Below, one piece after another: positions 1 through 9,400 of a DNA stretch of 64,000 nucleotides. Source of the stretch: Euryarchaeota archaeon UBA487 (GTDB taxonomy: Archaea > Thermoplasmatota > Poseidoniia > Poseidoniales > Thalassarchaeaceae); the NCBI GenBank assembly GCA_002505695.1, contig DAVU01000009.1, positions 820 to 64,819 on the forward strand, read 5' to 3'. How positions within the stretch are numbered: position 1 is the first letter of the stretch; each line of letters starts with the position of its first letter. Made by a program: the position numbers and the translations under genes. The notes below the pieces were generated by a model. It had not been told where the DNA came from and did not search any database. It saw only the letters and a list, made by a program, of their open reading frames with translations.

Positions 1-63
1 GTCTCCTCTAGGGTAAATTTGGTTGTGTTTAGTATATGAATCACTCGGATTTCCGCTTCTTAT

Positions 64-444
64 TTATGGGGTTAATCTTGCAAGGTCTGATCTAAATTTA
101 GTTCGTGTCATAAAGTGCCTCACGGGAGTGATTATGGTGAGAAGTACCAATGCTCCAAGGAACAGAGTCGACCAAGGAGGTATTCCCTGGCCCATGTTGA
201 GGAACAAAGTCCATCCAATGATGATGAGTGCCCAAGGTCGATATCGACGTGAGAATAACGAGAGTCTAGCACTCGCGACCTCATCAGAGTACAATGGTGA
301 CTCCTCCCCGGGGGCCATCATATCGTGTTCCAATGCGCATCTGGCACATACTAGGTACCTTGGGCCATTGCCTTTCGCGAATTGGTCGTTGGGGTAGTTT
401 TGAGTGCACATCCGGCAGGTCGGCATCGTGATCGACCCTACCAT
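64..444 (-). CDS. hypothetical zinc-ribbon membrane protein
   Basis: ORF 64..480 (GTG) trimmed to the ATG at 444, which lies 27 nt after the pabAB stop. It has an N-terminal CxxC...CxxC motif (PTCRMC ... CARC) followed by two hydrophobic helices (WALIIIGWTLFL, LFLGALVLLTIITPV). It is co-directional with the pab genes. No family recognised. Confidence 0.4.
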   Translation of the reverse strand: MVGSITMPTCRMCTQNYPNDQFAKGNGPRYLVCARCALEHDMMAPGEESPLYSDEVASARLSLFSRRYRPWALIIIGWTLFLNMGQGIPPWSTLFLGALVLLTIITPVRHFMTRTKFRSDLARLTP

Positions 445-470
445 TACGAGCCTTTTCTTCAACACTGCGG

Positions 471-2690
471 TTAATCGCACAGGGACAGGAAATTTTCTAT
501 TATGGCCATTCCATCGGGACTCCCCGCAGATTCTGGGTGGAATTGGACTCCGTGAATTGGGTAGTATCGGTGCCTAGCCCCCATTATCAGACCGGTTCCC
601 CCCTCCCATGCGTTGGGAACCATGCTTTCACCTACATCCAAGATTACCAAACTATTGTACCTCATCATGCTATGCCGCTCAGCGAGTTCTGAGAATAGTC
701 CTGTTCCATCGTTCTCTACACTAACTGTGGACCCATGGACGGGACCATTTGGTGACCTAGTTAGGTTTGATCCGTCAGCTAGGCAGATTGCCTGATGTCC
801 AAGACATATCCCGAGAAGTGGTATTTGTCCTTTCCCGGAAATCAATTCTCCGTTGATTCCCATATTGGCTAGTGCAGTGGTCCTGTTGTATGATTCTGGT
901 CTCGAGGGGCCCGGTCCGATGACTATTCCGTCGGGTGAGTGTTTGCCAATAACGTCCGAGACCCATGCGGCTACATCCTCATCTGGGTGTTCACTCCAAC
1001 CGTTCACGATTATCACTTCGAATCCCAATTTCACTATTGCATCTCTGATATTGTGCGTGAATGAGTCCATATTGTCAATAAGTATGATTTTCTTTTTCCT
1101 GGATTTTTCCTTCTTCGAGATATTCGGCCGGATCTCGGATTGTCTGGCCAGTGTTTTGGAACTCATTGATAGGCTCGGCAGGGTGTCATTGGAAATGGAT
1201 GCTGGGACATTCCACGCGGCCCTCAATACCGCATCTGCCTTCCACTCCGCCTCTTGGGCCTCCAACTCAGGATTCGAGGAGTGAACTATTCCCCCTCCAG
1301 CCATTACCCTTCCAGTCCTCACTCCCGCCTTTTCATGAACCTCTAGAGTTCGTATTAGTATGTTCAACTCAACAAGATTGTTGAGCTTGTGGATGTGGCC
1401 GATTGATCCGGTCCAAGCGCCTCTCGGCATTCTTTCTAGGTGATTAATTATCGCCATACTCATCACCTTCGGACAGCCAGTTATTGATCCACCAGGGAAC
1501 AAGGAAGATATTGCTGAAGTCACACAACATGAGGGTTTGAGTTCTCCGCTAACCTCTGATACAAGATGGTGAACATTCGGATGGGATTCAATTCTGAATT
1601 CCGCCCATCTCACAGAGCCTGGTATGCAGACTGAGGACAGGTCGTGCCTCTCTAAATCAACAAGCATCATATGTTCAGCAAGGTCCTTTTTTGATTCTAT
1701 TAGGTCTTCTTTCCCGCGTTGGTCCTCGGTTTCCAAGGCACGCCTTGGAGCTGTGCCTTTGATCGGTGATGTGGTTATTTTTCCATTTCGGAAACTGAGG
1801 AGTTGTTCTGGGCTGGCAGATACTATTGTCCAACCCAGATCAGGTGACCTCATCCATGTTGAATATGGAGCTGGGTTTGCCTCGACCAAATTTAGGAAGC
1901 AATCCCATGGGTCTTGGTCTAATTCTCCTTTCCAGTTTCTACCATAGTTAACTTGGTAAACATGACCGTCCTTTATCGACTCAATTATATCCATAATTTT
2001 TTGCTTGTGGTTTTCTCTATTCTCCGACTCCAATGTGGAGGGGGCATCAAACCGCATTGTTTCAGTGGTGCCCTTTACACACAGGCGGACCTCCTCCGCT
2101 GACATGGGAGAGTGTCCCAAAGTGGTTATCGAACTCTCCTTCCTATCATGAATGATCCAACCCTTGGTCCTCCAAAGGACGCCCAGAACTTCATTGTGTT
2201 CAGGCGTGTTCCTCATTCGCATTTGACTGGTCCATTGTCCCAAATCATAGCCAAGGACCCCGACAAAACCGCCGGGTGACAAGCCTGAGGATGGATCTAC
2301 TGATCCCAGTACCTCCAATTCACTTACTGATTGTAGTGCAGCCTCTAGCTTAACATGAGATTCATTACGTGTTGTTGTCCAACCAGAACCCGATCTAACC
2401 TGGAATTCTAGAAGTACGGGGGGAGTGAGTCGCAAATCAAGTTCGCCGATCAATGGGTTTCTATCAGTCGGCGCAGTATTATCACGTGGTTGGCGGAAAA
2501 TCACCCTGAGGTCATCCAACACCGGAATCATGGAGAATCGACTAGTTTTTCCGATTGGACCGCCAGAGTGGAACAAAATCTCATCATTTTCTGTGTGGTC
2601 CGCCCTTAGTTCCTCAAGAACATAAAGAAGGGGGTTCAATTCTCCCACATCTTCCATCTTGAAGATGCCAGTGATTGTGTTTTTCGTCAC
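471..2690 (-). CDS. pabAB: fused aminodeoxychorismate (or anthranilate) synthase, component I + glutamine amidotransferase component II
   Basis: 739 aa. The N-terminal chorismate-binding region carries FPGGSITGCPK and GGGIVHSSNPELE. The C-terminal class-I GATase carries IILIDNMDSFTHN, the catalytic Cys in GICLGHQAI, and HGVQFHPES. A 4-nt GTGA overlap with the upstream class-IV-fold (PabC-like) gene favours Pab over Trp. The start is GTG 2690 or ATG 2657. Confidence 0.75.
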   Translation of the reverse strand: MTKNTITGIFKMEDVGELNPLLYVLEELRADHTENDEILFHSGGPIGKTSRFSMIPVLDDLRVIFRQPRDNTAPTDRNPLIGELDLRLTPPVLLEFQVRSGSGWTTTRNESHVKLEAALQSVSELEVLGSVDPSSGLSPGGFVGVLGYDLGQWTSQMRMRNTPEHNEVLGVLWRTKGWIIHDRKESSITTLGHSPMSAEEVRLCVKGTTETMRFDAPSTLESENRENHKQKIMDIIESIKDGHVYQVNYGRNWKGELDQDPWDCFLNLVEANPAPYSTWMRSPDLGWTIVSASPEQLLSFRNGKITTSPIKGTAPRRALETEDQRGKEDLIESKKDLAEHMMLVDLERHDLSSVCIPGSVRWAEFRIESHPNVHHLVSEVSGELKPSCCVTSAISSLFPGGSITGCPKVMSMAIINHLERMPRGAWTGSIGHIHKLNNLVELNILIRTLEVHEKAGVRTGRVMAGGGIVHSSNPELEAQEAEWKADAVLRAAWNVPASISNDTLPSLSMSSKTLARQSEIRPNISKKEKSRKKKIILIDNMDSFTHNIRDAIVKLGFEVIIVNGWSEHPDEDVAAWVSDVIGKHSPDGIVIGPGPSRPESYNRTTALANMGINGELISGKGQIPLLGICLGHQAICLADGSNLTRSPNGPVHGSTVSVENDGTGLFSELAERHSMMRYNSLVILDVGESMVPNAWEGGTGLIMGARHRYYPIHGVQFHPESAGSPDGMAIIENFLSLCD

Positions 2691-3415
2691 GATAGTCCCT
2701 CAATGAAACCCATGTCTTCAATCTCGCAAAGAATATCTTCTAATCCTGCCTCTAGATCAGATCGTAGAGTGGTACCGTCGATAGAGGCGATTCTCCTGAT
2801 ACCGATTCCGGTTCCCACGGCTAAAGCATCTAAGCACACGGATAAATCAGCCATTGTTACCTTCCTTTGATTTATCCTGATTCTTTTTCCAAAATAATGC
2901 GCTAAGTTTCCAAGAGTTATGGACTCAACTGCCCCCATCATAGGATCAGGAATCACGAATTCGCCATCACCAAATGCAAATAGCGGAGTAAACGTATCGC
3001 CATCAATTATCGAGTCTTGGTCGACAAGCAAAGCGGCGTCGCCACCGTTCATAATTGCATTTTTTCTCGTGTTTGAATAGGCCTCCCAGTCCCCCTGTTT
3101 GTATCTGGCTTGATCCTTAATTCCACTTGGTAGGGGTTGGGTGATAAGGTGTATCGAACTCTCATAAGTCTCCAAAGGCCTCGGTATCATGGCTACCTCT
3201 CCATCCCGATGAACTTGGATTCTGACTAAGCACGGTAATTCCCTGTTTTGGGATATGATTGAGAGTGATCTCTCAAGATCATCCATATCTATCATCGGGG
3301 CAGTATCAAACAAGGCAGCATAGGCACGTTCCAACCTATTGACGTGTGAATCCAGGAACAACGGGCCATTCGGATTCAATCTCAGGGTCGTGAAGACCGG
3401 GTCGGATATTTCCAC
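2687..3415 (-). CDS. pabC: aminodeoxychorismate lyase-like protein (class IV aminotransferase fold)
   Basis: 242 aa with a GTG start. It shows the class-IV PLP-enzyme pattern: FLDSHVNRLERA, VRIQVHRDG, a candidate PLP Lys in ARYKQGD, and DAALLVDQD...FTPLF. Its stop overlaps the pabAB start. Confidence 0.55.
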   Translation of the reverse strand: MEISDPVFTTLRLNPNGPLFLDSHVNRLERAYAALFDTAPMIDMDDLERSLSIISQNRELPCLVRIQVHRDGEVAMIPRPLETYESSIHLITQPLPSGIKDQARYKQGDWEAYSNTRKNAIMNGGDAALLVDQDSIIDGDTFTPLFAFGDGEFVIPDPMMGAVESITLGNLAHYFGKRIRINQRKVTMADLSVCLDALAVGTGIGIRRIASIDGTTLRSDLEAGLEDILCEIEDMGFIEGLS

Positions 3416-3452
3416 GGTTAACTAGATGCAGTCCCAGCCTTGAAGGCCTCTG

Positions 3453-6400
3453 TCAAAAGAGGTCGTCGAGGTCCTTTTCTAGGTCATCAAGATAGTCATT
3501 TGAAGACAGTTGCTCGGTGGAGTCCGAGATGGTTTTCGTTTCAGTCAGTTTTTTGACAGGGATTTCTCTGTTTTCATCCGCATTCAGATCAGACTGGATC
3601 TCATCATCGAACAGCGCGTCTATCTCAACCTCTCTCGTGGAAATCTCCCATAAGTCATCATCCATTCCTCTCCTTGACCTGAAGGTTGCAGCAGCACCTA
3701 GGGCGGCGAGTCCGAAGATAATGGTTCCAAGTAGAATATTCAAATCTCCACTGACTAGTCTATCCACCAGAGATGATCCTTCTGATGCCTGGGAATCCAG
3801 TGGTCCGGATTGTTCCGTCCATGGCAATACGAGAACTGGGCTCGCTCGATAAGTGAATTTCTCCCCGTCGTACGCGACCACTTCCACATAGTGATTGGTA
3901 TCCCTATCCAGTGCCTGATCATCAATCAAGTCAAATCCAAACTCGGTGGTTGTCCTATCCAGAGCGATGACGCTTGCATCTCTTACATCATTAAATGGCG
4001 TACGAGATGCAAAAACATGGTATCCGATTACTTCTGAATTGTCACTTTCTGCCCAATTCAAAACGATCCTTGATCCGGATGGATTCCAAGCGGCGGTTAG
4101 CCCAGATACATCAGGACAAGCGGGACAGGGGTCCAAACCGAGTTCATCAGTCAGCACTATGTCACTGGATTGTAGGTCGGTCGTCCAAGCATTTCCATTT
4201 GAGTCTCTGGCAACCACTGCCACGAAATATCTACGATCAGGGGCAAGGTCAGTCTTGCCCTCGATACCAGTAGATAGCTCGACCAAGGCAGGCCCTGACC
4301 AATCTCGAGGGAGGGTAAGTGAAGGTTCTAGAGCCTCGAGGTTGGTGAGTAGGAACGGGGAGTCGGGAACCACATAAATCTCGTAGGACGATAGGTCTGC
4401 TGATTCGCTGGGATTGAAGAGTACGAACATTCCATCGCCGTGATCTGGGTCCCTATCTGCCAATTCTGGAGCTGGTATTCGGTCTGGCGGCGTTGTGTCC
4501 TCAAGGTTCGATTGAGGTAGGACAAGCGCAGTCTCTAGGTTGTCCAGGTGGACATTGCCTACGATGTCGTGTACTGTGACTGCGACGTACAATGGTACCT
4601 CTGGGATGATCCTGTTAGTGACGGAGTCTGTAAGCGTGGTACCGTAAAGCGCCTCTGAAATCTCTATCTCTATCTTTGAAGAGCCTCCGATCTGTCTCTG
4701 TTGGATGGTCGTTAGACCACATGATTGAGGCTCCTCGGAACAGAAGAACCACATCGAGGAGACGTCCTCTAACGGATGCTCGCTTACCCATATGGTGTAA
4801 TAGGCGAAATCTGGCGCATCGCTCCTAGTCCAGACCACATCTATCGACGTGCCATCGTCGGATGGGTGGTCAAAAGCGCTGACGTCCTGTAGTCTAGCCG
4901 GTTCTGGTCCTTCTTCAGCGAGATTGTCGAATGGCGTTGCGTCATCCGGCAGTACGTTGTTCAGATCGCCATTGCCCCAATCGTCGTACGCCACAACCGC
5001 CACCCAGTATCTTACACCATTCTCCAGTAGAGTACCATCTGCGCCACCGATAATGGCGACTGAATTTTCGCAGCCCGAGACGATCTCGGCCACAGGCCAT
5101 CCTTCGGCACTTGTTGGAGGTGAGAAACCTGATGCTGGCAGAACATGAATGGTGTACATCACGCAATCTTCCTCGCTGTTGGGTGTCCATGTGACTTGCA
5201 GGTAGCCACCATCATCGAATGGAAGGTCAGAAGCCTCTACGTTACTCACTCTTGAGGGTGGGATGGAGTCATCGAGGCCTCCGGCTGCGATTACAGGCCC
5301 ATACAGTGCGGGGTTGTCCCTTTCGTATTGACCCGCCATGTCAACACACGATGCGGCCAGCCAGATTGGAGTAGATTGTGGTACATCTATGATAGTCTGA
5401 TTACCGAGTGACTGTGCGACGTCAAAGTAGGTGGGAATGACTTCGACATCATTAATCTCCACGGTTGAATACCAAAGTCTGGTGGAGTGCCTATCGATAT
5501 CTGTGCAAGGCTGCCACTCAACTTGAAGGCTGCCTCCTGAGAATCCGATTGGCTCAGCATACAATGACGATGGTGGCTCGGGCACATTGTCAATGGCCAT
5601 GGCAGAGCCGTTGTAGACTGACATGGGCCCCAACGAGCCATCTGGGTACCTTATTGCAATGGCTGCATAGTACTCTTCGCCAGATTGTATGGTCTGAATC
5701 GTATCGCCGGAATACGCCTCTTCTATTGAGACTCCCAATGTCTGAACGTCTGAGATGGAGGCAATGGGGGTAATTTGTGAGAAATCCCCGGTCTCAACAA
5801 AATCGATGCTCCATCCATTCGTGGGGCTCCAGACGAATATGTCATAGGAAATGAAGCTAGGGTCGACTGCCATATCCCAGTTCAGGATCAACCCATCGCC
5901 GCCATCCCTGGGTCGATCATCGAAGTAGCTTATCCGTGTTGGGATCTCTTGCCTTGTCCAATCGTAGGTGATCCTCATGTTGATTGATCCAGATTCAGAA
6001 GGGGACAATGCGAATTCCCAATTTGCCGAGGATGGTGCGCCCGCGGTGTCCACTGCCATTTGGAGGAGTTGTTGCAGGCCTGTTTGCGTTGATAGGTTCC
6101 ACGTTCCTGTGTAGTTCAGAATTGACACCTCAGACCATATTGGTTGGGATGAGGTTGAACTCGTGAAGATTGTCGGATGCCAAGAAAACGGTATAGATCC
6201 AAAATTCTGTGATTGTAGTTGAAGGGGCGAGTCGGTGATTGGGACGTTGGAAGGAATTGTTATCTTGTTGCCTGGCCTTGCTGCTTCTGTGATGTCTGTG
6301 GTCTGACCAAGGAAAGTTAGGTCGAGGTTCTCTGCCCTGGCATATTCATCGACGTAGATTCTCTCCAATGCCCAATAGGGCCTGTAGGCGAGTGTTCCAC

Positions 6401-9400
6401 GATCGGTGGCCAGAACGAGTGTGTCGCCGTACAACGCCATATCGTTAATTGAGGATTCCAAGGCGGAATCATAGCCACGTGATTGATGATCTTGGGAGCC
6501 AATGACGTTGAACCCGCTTCCGGCTGCTACCACCCTCGTGCCGTCAGATTGCATGATTGTGATGGGCCATGCTTGTAGTGACCCAGATACAAGCCCGACT
6601 TCCATAGAGTATGAACTGAAATTGTAATGATACAGTGGGCCGACGTCAGTGGCAATGTGCACTCCCCATCCATCAGTGGCTATTGCTGTCACACTGTTGC
6701 TTGGTAGCATGTCAAGTGGGTAATCCGTGAAGATTTCCTGATCGTCTATTGCCCAAGATGAAACCCATGGTCGCGATGCCCCCACCCCGGGGTGCGATGC
6801 GATCAAGACCTTTGGTTGGTGTAACTCTTGGGTAGTTCCATCTGGCAGTGTTATGTTCTTGCTCCTTTCAGGAAGGATCTGGATGTCCGCTATAAACGAG
6901 GAAATGAGTCCGTTCGATTGAGTCACCCGGTTACTCACAGAGGCATTTTGTGTTGGGTTCTGTATGAAAGAGAGTCCGCTTGGACTTGAGATGACTACCA
7001 AGTTGCTCGTTCGGTTGCTCGATGCAACTTCTATCCGATCAGAATCAGGTGGCAGGCCATCATAGGTTGTGATTGGATCTAACCACTCTTGAGCCGATTC
7101 GTCGAATCTTCCGATTCCGACTGGTGTTGTCACCAGAGTGACATTCCCCAGTCTCAAGAAGTCCCCTATGTCGTTTGCGGGTAGCGCTGCCAACAATTCC
7201 GCCTCGTTCCATATTCTCGAGGTCGTGTCTAACACTTGAAAGCCCGATGCGGCATCAAAAACACTGGTCAGACCGGCATACAAATTACCGTTTTCCAAGT
7301 ACATTCCGTCCATTGAGTTGTGAATTGAACCCGGGTGTGTTCGGGTCTGCTTCGTATTTGTGTCGAGAGCAATCATACCTCGATAGGTCGTCGAAATCCA
7401 CAACGTATTCCCGTCTAAAATAATGTCTTCCACGATATCGTCATTGAAATCGTATGAGTCCAGCCAAGTGAGAGTACCGTTTTGATCGACCATGCCCTCC
7501 ATGATGGTGCGACCGTATCCTGAGCTGCTCTGCCAATTCCCTTGGTTTGAAGTCCCAACGGCTGCCCAAACATTTGCCCCATTGGAAACAAACTCAACTA
7601 CATCTCCCGATGGCAGGATGAGAAGTTCATCGAAGCCACCCTCAATCAACCCAGTTGAATCAAGGCGATCGACTCTATTCACCCCTGAGGTTTCACCAGA
7701 CCTGCCAATGGCGTATGCGAAGTCTGACGAAGGAGGTGCTCTCACTATCGAACTCCCATCCATTCCAACACCGAAAACGGTACCTGTGGAAATTACCATC
7801 CCTGAGGTTTCTATTCTTGAAATTCCGCCTTCATCAACGTGGCTGACAAGTAGAATGCCATTGTCGTAAAGGATACCCCCAGGGAATACAGGTTCTGATG
7901 ATATGCCATTCGATGGAGTGATAGCGGACAGGAGTGTGTCCGTAGAATAGTCAAATCGAGATATGCCGACATTATCGGAATCATAGGCTACATACAACAT
8001 CGGGTGGCTATCATCACAGGCCAGGGCTCTTGGGTCCGCGTCGTCCAGCCCATTGCCATCCTCCCAGGCATCTATCCACTCACCAGCAATTCCATTTCCG
8101 TCTGAATCCGAGTAGTCATATCGAGCTACATAGCCACCTTGCCACCATTGTAGCCTACCGAAAGCGACGTGTACGATACCTTCACAGATTTCAATGTCGG
8201 CAGGATAAGCATACCCACCTACGTCTGTGTAGGGTGTGACGTCCCACGAGTCTAATGACTGGTTGTATATCGAGACGTCTATGTTGCCACCCTGGTAAGT
8301 GCCGACCCAGAGATCATCACCAACCACTCGCATGGAATAGACACGATCAGCTACATTTGATGGCATTCCAGATCCAGGAGTCCATGGGGTCAAAAATGTG
8401 GAATTGTTGGCGTCCCATCTTAGAATTCCGTCCGTAGAACCGAATAGATAGGTCTCCCCAAATGACTCAATGCCTCTGATAGGGCCTGGTACGTCGTCCC
8501 ATGAATCCAGTAGGGTCATGTCAGTTGCATTGTACCTCCTGAGGATCGAGTCTCCATAGGAGACCCAGAACTCACAATTCCCCGATGCGATTGGAAAGCA
8601 GTCTCCAAGAAACTGGGCATTAACTCGCTGGACACTGCCGTAAGATCCAATCGGGTCTTCCCAATTGCCAGATGTGGTGTTCCATCTAGCTATGTCGCCA
8701 GGCTCTGCACCGCCCCATCCCTGGACTCCTGCAACGCCCAACCATAAGTTGTCTTGGACCATGTGCATTCCACGGATCTGACCTTGATACCCGAGGGTGT
8801 CAGTGGTATCTATTTGTGCAAGGCTAGTATTGTTCTGGATATCTATTCTGGCAATTGAATCACGTGCCTGCCAGGACTGGCTAGGAACTATTTGTTGGTA
8901 ATATAGGACTCCATCGTGAACGATCACGTCCATGGGGGGTTCATAGGGAAGCGTGGGCCCTCCAGAGTTGGGTCCCAGATTCCAATCAAGGTTGAGTTGC
9001 TCGTTGGTAGTGTTTATGTTGACCAAGCCAAAATAACCGCCGGCCCAGATAGTGCCAGGGACTTCGCCTTCTTTGAGGAGAGTTATGAGATCATTATCTA
9101 TGAGGCCGCTGGTTCCATCCCATGTGGTTAGCCATTCTTGGGTGTTTAGGTCGTATCTCGCAATGCCGATACCTTCAACCCCAAGGTAGACGATGGAATC
9201 TATGACAACAATGTCGGTTTGATCAGAATCCGCTGCTGCTGTCCACACGTCAACCACCGTCCCAGTGGATGTGTCTATGATTCCCACCCCTTCTGAGGTT
9301 CCAGCGTAGAGTCGGTTTGGTTCAAGTATAGCTACGGTATTAACAAAACGCGAGGGGAGTCCGTCTGCAGAGGACCAACAATCTGGCCCGTTCAGTGACC

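Noticed and set aside
23-397. 124-aa + strand ORF at the window start.
   Set aside because: It fully overlaps the minus-strand zinc-ribbon/2-TM ORF, which has coherent protein features and operon context. The + ORF has no motif and a low-complexity composition.
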